A DNA stretch of 64,000 nucleotides from an uncultured bacterium (GCA_963801165.1 CAWDDT010000004.1:64001-128000); one strand, 5' to 3'. Shown: positions 34,613 to 44,465, counted from the first letter of the stretch. Notes: generated from the letters alone by a model not told the origin. Translations and numbers: made by a program.

Positions 34613-35731
34613 ATGAGAACCTGCGACTTCCTCGTCATCGGAGGAGGCATAGCCGGGGCCTCGGCCGCCTACGAGCTGGCGGCATACGGCAAAACCGTCC
34701 TGGTCGAACGAGAGCGCATTGCCGGATACCACACCACTGGTCGCTCAGCCGCCCTGTTCACCGAGTCATGGGAGCACGGCATTGTCCGCAGCCTCACCAC
34801 CGCCAGCCGGTCCTTTCTAGAGGACCCGCCTGCGGGTTTCACCGACCACCCGCTACTTTCGCCGCTGCACTTCCTGGTGATCGGTCGCGAGGATCAGCGC
34901 GAGGCGGTTGCAGCGTTGGCGGACGACACGGTCGCCGCCGGCACGGTGCAGGTGCTGGACGGCAACGGTGCCGTATCGGTCTGTCCGGTCCTGCGGCCGG
35001 GCTATGTGGTGGCGGCGATCCTGGAACCCGGCTCGATGGAAATCGACGTCAACGAACTCCATCAAGGGTTCGTGCGGGGTCTGCGCCGGCGGGGAGGCGA
35101 GGTCCGGCTCAATGCAGAAGTCAGTGAGATCCGCCAGGTCGGGGATGGTTGGGTCGTAGCCGCCGGGGAGTCGACGATCTCTGCCGGCGTCGTCGTCAAC
35201 GCCGCAGGAGCGTGGGCGGACGCGGTTGCTGAGCTGGCAGGTGTCGGACCGATCGGGCTGGTGCCCTATCGGAGGACCGCATTCGTGTTCCCGGCGCCGA
35301 TCGATACCCATGGACTGCCGATGGTCGTCGATGTCGATCAGCAGTTTTACTTCAAGCCGGAGAGCGGTCGATTCATGGGCTCGCTGGCGGAGGAGACTCC
35401 GATGGAGCCACACGACGTGCGACCGGAGGAGATCGACGTTGCGCTGGCGATCGACCGGATCAAGGCCGCGACGACCCTGGATATCCGTCACGTTTCCCGG
35501 ACGTGGGCAGGGCTTCGTTCGTTCGTCGCCGATCGCCTTCCCGTCGTGGGCATGGAGCCCGACCATCCGGGTTTCTTCTGGCTGGCGGGTCAAGGCGGCT
35601 TCGGGATCATGACCTCGCCGGCAATGGCACGCCTCGCCGCCGGGCTCATCGCCGAGGGTCGGGCTTCGACCGAGCTGGTAGCGGCGGGAGTAGACCCATC
35701 CCAGCTCGGTCCGGGCCGGTTCCGGAGCTGA
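34613..35731 (+). CDS. FAD-dependent oxidoreductase (D-amino acid oxidase/glycine oxidase family)
   Basis: VIGGGIAG, TGRSAA, VNAAGAW, WAGLR, AGQGGFGI; start 34604 or 34613. Confidence 0.9.
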   Translation: MRTCDFLVIGGGIAGASAAYELAAYGKTVLVERERIAGYHTTGRSAALFTESWEHGIVRSLTTASRSFLEDPPAGFTDHPLLSPLHFLVIGREDQREAVAALADDTVAAGTVQVLDGNGAVSVCPVLRPGYVVAAILEPGSMEIDVNELHQGFVRGLRRRGGEVRLNAEVSEIRQVGDGWVVAAGESTISAGVVVNAAGAWADAVAELAGVGPIGLVPYRRTAFVFPAPIDTHGLPMVVDVDQQFYFKPESGRFMGSLAEETPMEPHDVRPEEIDVALAIDRIKAATTLDIRHVSRTWAGLRSFVADRLPVVGMEPDHPGFFWLAGQGGFGIMTSPAMARLAAGLIAEGRASTELVAAGVDPSQLGPGRFRS

Positions 35732-35798
35732 AGCTCTTAGGACGCGTCGCCGACCGGCGCCCTAGTCTCCCCGTGTCTGGATCAGGATCGGAGATGGG

Positions 35799-36749
35799 GT
35801 GGCGGGTCGCATGCACGTAGTCACTGGTGCCTTTGGTTACACGGGCAGATACATCGCACACGAACTGTTGCGCCGTGGCGAGCGGGTCCGCACGCTGAGC
35901 AACTCCGTTAGCAGGGGCAATCCGTTCGGTGATGCGATCGAGATCCACCCGCTCGACTTCAGCAAGCCCGAGACCCTCACCGAGTCGCTTCGCGGCGCCG
36001 ATGTGCTGCACAACACATACTGGGTTCGGTACGACTACAAGGACGGGTCTGCCGACTTCGGCTATGCACAGGCAGTCGCCAACACTCGCATCCTCTTTGA
36101 CTGTGCCCGTGCGGCCGGAGTGACAAGGATTGTCCACCTGAGCGTTGCCAATGCGAGCGAAGACTCGAGTTGGGGCTACTTCCGGGGCAAGGCCCAGCTC
36201 GAGCAGGATCTTGCCGCATCGGCAGTGTCGTACGCAATAGTCCGTCCCACCATCATCTACGGCCGCCCGGAGAACGTGCTGATAAACAACATCGCCTGGC
36301 TGCTGCGCAAGTTCCCGGTGCATGGGGTCTTCGGGAGAGGCGATGCCCGGGTCACGCCGGTCCACGTCGATGACGTTGCTCGGATCTGCGCAGACGCAGC
36401 CGATCGCAACGGGGGCGAAGTGCTGGATGCCGTCGGTCCCGAGACGTTCACTTACAAGGAAATGGTGCGGATGATGGCGAAAGCCATGGGTCTCCGCAGG
36501 CTCATAGTGCCTATGCCCGACCTCATGATTCTGGCCGCCGCAAGGGTCCTGGGGAGGTTTCTCGATGACATCGTGATCACCCGGCACGAGATCTCGGGTC
36601 TCCGCGACGAGACCATGTACACCGGCACCGAAGCTCTCGGGCGGATCCGCTTCACCGGGTGGCTTCACTCCGAGGCCGACACGCTCGGCCGCAGCTACGT
36701 GAACGACCTAGCGCGCCGGCGCGCTTCCACCGACGATGCAGGAGGATGA
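35799..36749 (+). CDS. NAD(P)-dependent epimerase/atypical SDR (NDUFA9-like)
   Basis: VTGAFGYTG, YFRGK, RPT, PVHVDD, GPETFT. Confidence 0.88.
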   Translation: MAGRMHVVTGAFGYTGRYIAHELLRRGERVRTLSNSVSRGNPFGDAIEIHPLDFSKPETLTESLRGADVLHNTYWVRYDYKDGSADFGYAQAVANTRILFDCARAAGVTRIVHLSVANASEDSSWGYFRGKAQLEQDLAASAVSYAIVRPTIIYGRPENVLINNIAWLLRKFPVHGVFGRGDARVTPVHVDDVARICADAADRNGGEVLDAVGPETFTYKEMVRMMAKAMGLRRLIVPMPDLMILAAARVLGRFLDDIVITRHEISGLRDETMYTGTEALGRIRFTGWLHSEADTLGRSYVNDLARRRASTDDAGG

Positions 36750-36842
36750 GGCGATGTCATCACACGACGAGCTACGCGCGGCGACCGCCCAGGTCAGAGA
36801 GGATCTCGATCTCGATGGGCTGCTGGCGGAGATCGGTGAGCC

Positions 36843-38189
36843 TCATTCTCCGTCCGGCTGCTCGTAGGGGATGTGCTGCCACCACAGCTGCTCACCGGTG
36901 TTGGCGTCAAGTGCCACCACGGCGAGGGCAGTGGCCACGTAGGCGGTCGTGTCGTCGGCGGCCACCGCGAACGAGTAGCTGAGACCCACCGGTGCCGTCC
37001 AGACTCGATTGCCCGTTTGCGGGTCGAGCCGCGCCACGACGCCGGCGGCAGGGTCGAGAGCCCAGATCGCGTTTCCCGAAACGGTCACCGTGGACTGGTT
37101 GAGATCTCCGGAGACCCAAATGGACTCGCCGGTGTCCGGGTCGATCGCCGTCACCCGCAGCGGGCTCGCAACGATGATCGCCCCACCGGCATATCCGATC
37201 GGCGTGCCCAGCCCGCTCGGGCGTCGGAGAAGCTCTTCGCCGCCAGGCCCGAGCACAACGAGATCTGCTTGTTGACCGCCCACGACGACACGGTCCCCCG
37301 CAGCTATGGCACCGTCGAAGCCTTCGACCTGGTCGTCGATACCGTCGTCGATAGCCCGGCTCAGGACCAGGTCGCCGGTTGTGGCGTCGAGCAGCACCAG
37401 CTCAGAACCACCGTCAATGTCCGGGTCTCTGCCGATGATGGTGACTACGTCGCTACCGACGACGACCATCTCGCATGGCGTGTCGGCGGTCCATGCCTCG
37501 ACTCCGGTGGCGCCATCGAGGAATGCAACCGATTCAGCATCGGAACCGCGACACATCAACACGGCATCGTCACCCACCACTGCCTGTGCCCCTTCGTCAG
37601 ACCAGAGCTCATCGCCCGTGCTCGGATTGCGACCGACGGCGTGCCGTCCATCTGATGTGACCACAACATCACCGGTCACGCCGGCCAGGCTGTTCGGCCA
37701 GCTCTGCTCCTGCCAGCGAATCTCGCCTCCGGGATCGACGCCTGTGATCTGGTAGTCGCCCGCGACGACGACTCCGGCGCCGGGGGTTGCGGCTATCGCA
37801 GTGTTGGAGGACATCCATGGTTGCGGCTTGCGGGTCAGACAATCGTCGGTACCGCAGCCAACGAGTTGGCGATCTCCGAGTGGCTCGGCGAGGCCGACGT
37901 CAATCGTCTTGATGATTCCTTCATCGGTGCATCCGCTCGGAAAGCGCTTGCGCCATACCTGTGCCTTGACTTCGACTTGCTCAGGCGTCTCGTTGATCTC
38001 CCACCCTTCCCAGCGGGTGCAATCACTGGCCACTCCGCCGAACAAGGTTGTGATCAGGAGGTGTTGCTGATCAGGTGTGGTGCCGATGAGCGTCCATTCG
38101 TTTTGGCTCGTCGAACCACCAACGGCACCGCATCCGGTAGTGAGGGCGAGGGCTAGCACGGCGACGCCCGCGGTACGGATCCTCATCAT
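36843..38189 (-). CDS. Lipoprotein with a PQQ-like beta-propeller
   Basis: Signal peptide with lipobox-like LTTGC; repeated D..TG...W blades. Confidence 0.82.
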   Translation of the reverse strand: MMRIRTAGVAVLALALTTGCGAVGGSTSQNEWTLIGTTPDQQHLLITTLFGGVASDCTRWEGWEINETPEQVEVKAQVWRKRFPSGCTDEGIIKTIDVGLAEPLGDRQLVGCGTDDCLTRKPQPWMSSNTAIAATPGAGVVVAGDYQITGVDPGGEIRWQEQSWPNSLAGVTGDVVVTSDGRHAVGRNPSTGDELWSDEGAQAVVGDDAVLMCRGSDAESVAFLDGATGVEAWTADTPCEMVVVGSDVVTIIGRDPDIDGGSELVLLDATTGDLVLSRAIDDGIDDQVEGFDGAIAAGDRVVVGGQQADLVVLGPGGEELLRRPSGLGTPIGYAGGAIIVASPLRVTAIDPDTGESIWVSGDLNQSTVTVSGNAIWALDPAAGVVARLDPQTGNRVWTAPVGLSYSFAVAADDTTAYVATALAVVALDANTGEQLWWQHIPYEQPDGE

Positions 38190-38268
38190 CGATCGCCTCC
38201 CCATGAGAGCACATCCACATTATGGACGCGGAGGAGATATACCGGTCCTCCGTCGGTGGTCGCGACCC

Positions 38269-39495
38269 CTACGGTCCTCGGGCCGGGTGGATGAATTCGT
38301 ATCCGCCGTTGGCGGTGCGTTTGATGTCCCATTTGGTGTTGTGGATGAGGGTGTGGTGGCGGCGGCAGAGGAGGATGAGGTTGTCGACATTGGTCTCGCC
38401 GAGCGATTCGATCCATCCGTCGATGTGGTGGATGTCGCACCATTGGGGCTTGCGGTTGCAGCCGGGGAAGCGGCAGTGGCGGTCTCTGACGGTGATGGCT
38501 TGTCGTTGTGCTTTGGTGGGGAAGCGGGCGGAGCGGCCCATGTCGAGGATCTCCGAGCCACCCGCCATGATGAAGCGGGTGAAGCGGGCGTCGCAGCACA
38601 TCTGGTCGAGGATGGTGCGGGTGACACCGCCGACACCCTCGATCTCGCAACGGGAGGTGGCCATCTGTGGTGTCTCGCCGAGCAGACTTGCCACGTCGAT
38701 GACTGTGCTGACATTGGGTGGGTTGCTGCCGGGCCGGCCGCGATTGATGTGCATATTGAAGATGTCGACCAGGGCATCGGCGCGCCGCTGCGAGAGAGTA
38801 CGGGGCCCATCGGGGGCGTCCTCAGGATCCGGTGGCGCGTTGTGGTCGAGGGCGCTGAGGAACTGAGCGCCAAAGACGGGATCGAGGTAGAAGTCCCCGT
38901 TGACCCACCCGTCGAGACCGACCGACGCATGCACGTGGCGACGCTCCCACTTCTCGGCATACTCCTCCTTGGCCAGCTCGTCGTCGGCGAGCGAAGCCCA
39001 GTGGTGCATGACTTTGGTGAAGTCTTCGACGGGGAGTTTGCTCGCCTGATCCACCAGGACCGGGGCATGCTCGCCCAGCAGTGGGAGGCGGTCGCCTGAC
39101 ATCACCCGGCCCATGGCCTCGACGTGTTGCGTTGTGATCTCGCCGTCAGCCAGACCTGTGGCCACGGGCTCGTGCTCGGCAACGATGCGGGCATTCCGTA
39201 CCAGACGCTGTGCTTCACCCCCTGCGAGGGGAGTGTTGCGGGTGAGCCAGGACCGCGGTGAGAGCGACCCGTCGATCTCCCAGGCGCGGTCCCGCTCCCA
39301 CTCGCCGGTGAGACGCAGGATCTCGGCGTCGAATCGCTCTCGGGTCTCCAGCAGCTCGGCCAGCCGCTCTGATTTCGAGGCTCCGGTCCAATACGAGCGA
39401 TCCTCGCCGGCCAGCACGGCGACACCCATCCGGATCTGGAGAACCGGATCGATGCTGCCAGGCGGCGGAGTTCGTGTCTCTCTTGTATCGAACAT
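38269..39495 (-). CDS. DUF222 + HNH endonuclease (13E12-repeat family like)
   Basis: QRRADAL, CCDA, RDRHCRFPGC..CDIHHI..GET..DNLILLCRRHH. Confidence 0.92.
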   Translation of the reverse strand: MFDTRETRTPPPGSIDPVLQIRMGVAVLAGEDRSYWTGASKSERLAELLETRERFDAEILRLTGEWERDRAWEIDGSLSPRSWLTRNTPLAGGEAQRLVRNARIVAEHEPVATGLADGEITTQHVEAMGRVMSGDRLPLLGEHAPVLVDQASKLPVEDFTKVMHHWASLADDELAKEEYAEKWERRHVHASVGLDGWVNGDFYLDPVFGAQFLSALDHNAPPDPEDAPDGPRTLSQRRADALVDIFNMHINRGRPGSNPPNVSTVIDVASLLGETPQMATSRCEIEGVGGVTRTILDQMCCDARFTRFIMAGGSEILDMGRSARFPTKAQRQAITVRDRHCRFPGCNRKPQWCDIHHIDGWIESLGETNVDNLILLCRRHHTLIHNTKWDIKRTANGGYEFIHPARGP

Positions 39496-39503
39496 ACGTT
39501 CGA
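39488..39503. promoter_or_regulatory. Actinobacterial LexA (SOS) box overlapping the start codon of the HNH gene
   Basis: TCGAAC-ATAC-GTTCGA is an exact consensus match; TTGACT-N16-TAGTAT promoter on the minus strand. Confidence 0.88.
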
Positions 39504-39600
39504 TACTACACGATGCTTAGGACAAGTCAAGAACCGTGAGCGGTCTGTGCGGGTTGACATGTCTCGGTGTCCGGAAGATCGGCGCGTAGCCGCAGGATAT

Positions 39601-39639
39601 ATGTCATTGACACATGTGGATTACATATGTAAGTTACAT
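39601..39639 (+). promoter_or_regulatory. Three tandem 13-bp ATGT-N5-ACA(C/T) operators over a TTGACA-N17-TAAGTT promoter of padR
   Basis: ATGTCATTGACAC | ATGTGGATTACAT | ATGTAAGTTACAT, ending 2 nt before ATG 39642 (likely leaderless). Confidence 0.7.
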
Positions 39640-39641
39640 CT

Positions 39642-40061
39642 ATGACACGCGGACAACACCCTGGCCACCACGGACGACATGGCCCACGCTCACGGAATCG
39701 TTGGTATTCCGAGCGAACGGGCTGGCAGGTGCAAGCCCGGATCGAACGTTTTGTCGAGCCGGCGCTGCTGCTGCTGCTCTCCGAGGGCCCAACGCACGGG
39801 TACGACCTCGCCGATCGACTAGCGACGCTCATGGACGCCGAGCGAGTCGACTACGGCAACCTCTACCGGGCGTTGCGTGAGGCCGAGTCGGAGGGGATCG
39901 TTGCCTCACAGTGGAACGACACCCTTCCCGGCAGAACCAAGCGCACCTACGAGCTCACCCCCTCGGGCCGGGAGCTCCTCGAAGCCTGGGTGTTGTCGCT
40001 GCGAGCCGCAAGAGAATCGATCGACTCCTTCTTGGAGCGATACACCGAAAGGAACACCTGA
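39642..40061 (+). CDS. PadR family regulator
   Basis: LLLLSEGPTHGYDL, GNLYRALREAE, KRTYELTPSG. Confidence 0.9.
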   Translation: MTRGQHPGHHGRHGPRSRNRWYSERTGWQVQARIERFVEPALLLLLSEGPTHGYDLADRLATLMDAERVDYGNLYRALREAESEGIVASQWNDTLPGRTKRTYELTPSGRELLEAWVLSLRAARESIDSFLERYTERNT

Positions 40062-40062
40062 C

Positions 40063-40317
40063 ATGCATGGTGATCACCACCGCAACCGACGCCGGGTTGC
40101 CCGGCGCATGATGATGAAGCGTCACTTCGGGATGACGGCGGCCATGGGCCGCGGTCCCTGTTTTGACCATGACGACTACGACGAGGGCTGGGGGCCGACA
40201 GTGGAGCAGAAGGTCCGCTGGCTCGAGGAGTACCAAAGGGACCTCGAGCAGGAGACCGCCGACGTTGCGTCACGCATCGCCGACCTCCGCGCCACAGCCG
40301 GAAGCCCGACCGAGTAG
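40063..40317 (+). CDS. Small hypothetical protein with an Arg/His/Met-rich N-terminus and coiled-coil C-terminus
   Basis: GAAAGGA RBS; WLEEYQRDLEQETADVASRIADL. Confidence 0.75.
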   Translation: MHGDHHRNRRRVARRMMMKRHFGMTAAMGRGPCFDHDDYDEGWGPTVEQKVRWLEEYQRDLEQETADVASRIADLRATAGSPTE

Positions 40318-40361
40318 TAGCCCGATACCCACCTGCGATCCGCGATGGTCCGCCCGTCGCG

Positions 40362-40395
40362 GATCGTTGCGCGGTTGATCGTTGCGCGGTTGATC
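40362..40395. repeat. 15-bp tandem repeat (GATCGTTGCGCGGTT)x2 plus a partial copy
   Basis: Read directly from the sequence. Confidence 0.8.
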
Positions 40396-40447
40396 CCGGC
40401 ATCGGACTGGGGAGGTCACGCTGCCGGGATCTGTGTTCTCGGGAGCG

Positions 40448-40900
40448 TCAGAGTCCGAGAATGAGCGTGCCTAGTTCGGTGAATAACCAGAACGCCTTGG
40501 CACCCTGGCCAACCTCGGGGAACTGCAGATCTGTCGGGCAGGCATCGAGCGTGCCCATAGGCGCCTCATCGGTGGCCTCATCAGATTTGCTCACCTCGTC
40601 GCCGGGGGCGACGGTGACGCCGGCGCACTGCTGGAGGTGGCCGTAGGGCATCCCGTATTCGTCGATGATGCGTCTGCCGTAGGCCTTGGCCCAGTCGGGC
40701 ACGTGCGACGTGGTGTCACCGGGGGCGACGGTGTCGCCGGTGTCGTCGGTCTCGTCGGTCTCGTCGGTCACAGCGTTGTGGCCGTGGTTTCCGTGGTCGG
40801 CGGGCGGGCCGGGTACACCACCCGGTGCCGCGTACACCGGAGCGGCGCCGAACAGTACGAGCATGGCCGCTGCCAGTAGCAAGATCAGTCGTTTCCTCAT
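40448..40900 (-). CDS. Secreted low-complexity hypothetical protein
   Basis: Signal peptide MRKRLILLLAAAMLVLFGAAPVYA; GAAAGGA RBS; acidic repeats. Confidence 0.75.
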   Translation of the reverse strand: MRKRLILLLAAAMLVLFGAAPVYAAPGGVPGPPADHGNHGHNAVTDETDETDDTGDTVAPGDTTSHVPDWAKAYGRRIIDEYGMPYGHLQQCAGVTVAPGDEVSKSDEATDEAPMGTLDACPTDLQFPEVGQGAKAFWLFTELGTLILGL

Positions 40901-40913
40901 GTGTTTCCTTTCG

Positions 40914-41804
40914 TCAATGGTCTTTCTTCTGTTGACCGGGCTTGGAATCGCTGTGACCGGGCGGGTTCGCAGGAACACCGTCGGGCGGTCCGTGGTCCTT
41001 GTTGGAGAGCCCGGGTGGCTCGGCCGGCTTGTCTGCCGGCGGGCCTGGGTCGTGGCCGGTGAGACCGGGCGGCTCGGCGGGGCTGTTGCCCGGCGTGTCG
41101 GACACGGTTGCTGTCGCCGGCGGTGTGGGCTTCCCGATCTCAGCTGCCAACTCGGCCACCTGTCTTCCATCGAGGTCGTCGATGTTGGCGGCGAGATAGC
41201 TGAGCAATGTGTCCACGCTGTCCCGGTTTGGTCCGGCGGAGTCCTCCATCCGCTTGGCCGCAGCCTCGAGAGCCGCCGCGGCCGCTGAGCCCGAGACATG
41301 TTCGTCGAGCGCCTCGGCGGCGTGTTGCAGGCCACGTTGGATCTCGCCCGCGTCGAGCAACGCCTCGGCCTCGCTGAGCCGCTCGTGCTGCGCCCCGGCG
41401 CCGATCCCTACGGTTTCCAGGGCGCGGTCGACACCGTAGAGGAGATCGCCGGGCTTGGCCCCGTCGGCAGCAAGAGCGAGACCACTCGTTCCCCCAACCA
41501 CAACCGCGACCGCGGTCGCAATTGCCGCGGCTCGGCGTTTGAGGGCGCCGAACGATGACCGTGAGATGGCCGGGGCGGGGGAATCGAGGGCGGCCGTGGA
41601 CCCCGCTACCGCTGCCGTGACAAAGCCAGCAATGGCCTCTTCTTCAAGCTCGTCTGCACAGTCGGTGCGAAGTGCGGCGAGGAGGTCGGCCAGGGGCGCG
41701 AGCTCGCCGCCGGTGGCGGACGACCCCGTCAGCAAACGCTCTATCTCGGCTTCGGTGATGCTCTCTCGACCCATGTCACCCTGGTAATCGCCGAGATCGC
41801 TCAT
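40914..41804 (-). CDS. Probable membrane-anchored anti-sigma factor (DUF5667-like extracytoplasmic domain, Pro-rich tail)
   Basis: 4-bp overlap with the ECF sigma; single TM; AKPGDLLYGVDRALE; PPG repeats. Confidence 0.7.
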   Translation of the reverse strand: MSDLGDYQGDMGRESITEAEIERLLTGSSATGGELAPLADLLAALRTDCADELEEEAIAGFVTAAVAGSTAALDSPAPAISRSSFGALKRRAAAIATAVAVVVGGTSGLALAADGAKPGDLLYGVDRALETVGIGAGAQHERLSEAEALLDAGEIQRGLQHAAEALDEHVSGSAAAAALEAAAKRMEDSAGPNRDSVDTLLSYLAANIDDLDGRQVAELAAEIGKPTPPATATVSDTPGNSPAEPPGLTGHDPGPPADKPAEPPGLSNKDHGPPDGVPANPPGHSDSKPGQQKKDH

Positions 41805-42355
41805 TTGGATACGCCCGGGCGCTCGATTTCTTTGCGCAGGGCTGCGATGGCACGCCGCTGCAACGCTTTGACCGCGCCGATGCGCTTTCCCATGGCCCGT
41901 GCCGTCTCGTCCAGGGTCAGCCCGGCAACGACCCGCAACAAGATCACATCCCGCTGATCGTCGGTGAGGATCGAGAGCATCCGGGCGACTGCGGCGCTGC
42001 CCAGAGCTTCCATTGCTTCGTCTTCGGCGCTTGGTGCCGATAGCTCGGGTTCGGGCGGCGTGTCCATCGGGGTCTCCTCGGGGCGACGACGCAGTCGGCG
42101 CCACTCGTCGGACATACGCCGGTACGCGATGACGAACACCCACGATCTGAACGCCTTCTGATCACCCTCGAACGTGGTCAGGTTGCGCGCCAGATCGGCG
42201 AACACCTCACCGACCAGAGCTTCGGGATCGGGCAATCCACGGGTGCGGAAGAAGCGCAGCAGGCTCGGCCCGAGATGGCGGACGAGGATCTCCCACGCCC
42301 ACTCCGACCCCTCCCGAGCCGCGGCAAGAACAGTGTCGAAACCAGATATCTCCAC
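41801..42355 (-). CDS. ECF RNA polymerase sigma factor
   Basis: FRSWVFVIAYRRMSDEWR, LTDDQRDVILLRVVAGLTLDETA..VKALQRRA; GTG 42355 with AAGGAG RBS. Confidence 0.92.
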   Translation of the reverse strand: MEISGFDTVLAAAREGSEWAWEILVRHLGPSLLRFFRTRGLPDPEALVGEVFADLARNLTTFEGDQKAFRSWVFVIAYRRMSDEWRRLRRRPEETPMDTPPEPELSAPSAEDEAMEALGSAAVARMLSILTDDQRDVILLRVVAGLTLDETARAMGKRIGAVKALQRRAIAALRKEIERPGVSK

Positions 42356-42476
42356 CGGCAAGAACTCCTTGCACCGCGCGTCGATGGCATCGGCCATTGT
42401 GAAGCCAAGCTTGAGAACGCTGCGGTCTTGGCCGTGTTTTCAAGTCTCGCCAACGAGAACCCAGGGTTCCGGCTGC

Positions 42477-43976
42477 TCAATCGCCGGAAAGGGCGAACAG
42501 CCAGGTGCCGTCCTCGGCTATCCCGACGCGGAAGAGACCATACCCGCCGAAAACGTTCCAGGCGTCCTCCAGCTGCTGCGGGCTCAGCCCGTTGAGTAGA
42601 CCGAGGAGGCGCCTCTGCTCGTCTTCGAGCTGGGCCCAGTCTTCGACCTGAGCGGCGGCGGGCCATTCGTAGTAGGTGAGCGGGTTTCCCGATCCGTCGG
42701 TCGAGCTGACTACCGCCGGTTCGGTGGCGCTGAGGGCGATGACGAGCATGCGGAGGGCGCCATCCCGGTCGGCGGTCTGGAGGTTGGAAACGTCGCCGTT
42801 GGCACCCCACCAGAAACTGTCGTCCGGTTCGTCGGTCCCGATGAGATCGATCAGCCTGTCGTAGTCACAGTCGATGGCGGCCCGGATCAACTCGTCCCGG
42901 GCCTCGATTACGGCGTCCGGAAGGGCCACGGGGGCCAGATCACCGAGGAGGTCCTCAGCGTCACCGCCGAGATCGGTCGCCGAGCAGGTCACGTCCTCAT
43001 AACCCCGCTCACCCTGGAGGTACACGTCGGCGAGCGATTCCGGCCCGGTGTACCAGAGCCTGTTGTTGTAGCGATTCCACATCTGCCGCACCGCCTCGAG
43101 CGGGTTGTTGGTCGTCTCCCTGCGCATCACCAACTCGAGGGCATCAGCCATACCCTGCGGAACCGGATGGAGAAGCTGCCCGTCGGTATCGAAGACGAGC
43201 TCGGTGAGGTCGCCACGGGTGATGGTGGTCAGCCGGTCACCCGGCTGGAGCGAGGTGTAAAGGCTCTGGTATTCCTGCGAGTGGAGCTCGTCGGTCGCTT
43301 GCCAATCCTCGCGAGCCTTGACAGCCTCGACGTCCTCGACCCGAAGGACCGGGTTCTCGCAGCATCTGCCGATCTCGACGGCCGTCGCCTCGACAATCGC
43401 GTTGCTACTGAGGAGCGAGTTGAGAGCGTCGACGACACTGAAGTCTTCCCAACCCTCGAAGTCGCCGACGATGACGCCGTTCTCGGCTCGACCGCTGCCC
43501 GTTTCCGATTGCTCGTAGAGGTCGCCGTCCCACTCGAGCAGGACTTCGCCGGCGGTGCCGGCAACGAACTGAGCGTCGACGCCCAACCACTCCGGGCTGG
43601 TCGTCAGACGGCCATCCGTACATGCATAGCCGACCAGTTGGACCGTGTCGGAGCTTCGCCACGACGCTTGGTTGGCCGATTGAAACGTGATGGCCCAATG
43701 GATCAGTGCCGTCCCGCCACCCGGAGCATCCCCGCCGGATAGTTCTTGAAGAGAGACCCACTCGGTATCGACGAGATCACCACAGTCGACCACGGGCGGC
43801 ACGGGTGGCGCGTTGGTGGTAGTCGAGACGATTGTTGTTGTAGGGATCGCGTGTGAGGTGCCTCCCGTCCTCTGCACCAGGATGGTGCCGAGAATCACGA
43901 CAACGACCATCGCCGCACCGGCCATGAACGCCGAGACGCGATGCGTTCGCAATGTCTCGATCCCGCGCTTGTTCAC
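42477..43976 (-). CDS. Membrane-anchored/secreted acidic hypothetical protein
   Basis: N-terminal TM, Thr/Pro linker, C-terminal YEWP..GGY..RVGIAEDGTWLF motif. Confidence 0.75.
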   Translation of the reverse strand: MNKRGIETLRTHRVSAFMAGAAMVVVVILGTILVQRTGGTSHAIPTTTIVSTTTNAPPVPPVVDCGDLVDTEWVSLQELSGGDAPGGGTALIHWAITFQSANQASWRSSDTVQLVGYACTDGRLTTSPEWLGVDAQFVAGTAGEVLLEWDGDLYEQSETGSGRAENGVIVGDFEGWEDFSVVDALNSLLSSNAIVEATAVEIGRCCENPVLRVEDVEAVKAREDWQATDELHSQEYQSLYTSLQPGDRLTTITRGDLTELVFDTDGQLLHPVPQGMADALELVMRRETTNNPLEAVRQMWNRYNNRLWYTGPESLADVYLQGERGYEDVTCSATDLGGDAEDLLGDLAPVALPDAVIEARDELIRAAIDCDYDRLIDLIGTDEPDDSFWWGANGDVSNLQTADRDGALRMLVIALSATEPAVVSSTDGSGNPLTYYEWPAAAQVEDWAQLEDEQRRLLGLLNGLSPQQLEDAWNVFGGYGLFRVGIAEDGTWLFALSGD

Positions 43977-44189
43977 GACGTCAGTCTGTCACACCTCGAT
44001 AGCAAGAATCCCTGAGCGACCGGCGAGACGCAGGCGACGTGCACCGTCACTTGCGGGCGAGGGTTCCTGTCGGCTTAGCGAAGACTTCGGTCATCACTCG
44101 GCGAATTCGGACGGCCTATCGAAGTTGGCGCGCTTGCCAGCGTCCAGGATCACCGTCTGCTCACCATTTCGCACCCGTGATGAGCATGT

Positions 44190-44465
44190 TCACTCATTAC
44201 CCCGTTCCTGGGTGTGTCGTGCCCGGCTCCGGGCGATGCCGCTGCCTACCGTCATACCCATAGCGAGGATCACGATCCACAGCACGAACGAGTCGGTCCA
44301 GATCCAAACGGCGTACCCCAGCAGCAGCCCGACGAGGAGTCCGGTCCAGCGTGCTCCGGCCATGGGATCCTGGCCGGCGGGTGTCCCTCGCCGAGCAGCG
44401 AGGACAACGACCGCGGCAGCCGCTGCGGAAGCGGCGGCTGCGAGAGCGGAGGTGGTAATCGTCAT
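44190..44465 (-). CDS. Small membrane protein
   Basis: About three hydrophobic segments; co-oriented with the upstream genes. Confidence 0.6.
   Translation of the reverse strand: MTITTSALAAAASAAAAAVVVLAARRGTPAGQDPMAGARWTGLLVGLLLGYAVWIWTDSFVLWIVILAMGMTVGSGIARSRARHTQERGNE

Noticed and set aside
36754-36870. Short ORF MSSHDELRAATAQVREDLDLDGLLAEIGE after the epimerase
   Set aside because: Under 40 codons and runs into the convergent gene; it may be a truncated remnant but cannot be supported.
44090-44195. Possible alpha/beta-hydrolase C-terminal remnant (VILDAGKRANFDRPSEF) on the minus strand
   Set aside because: Too short, and the catalytic His is absent; chance similarity cannot be excluded.
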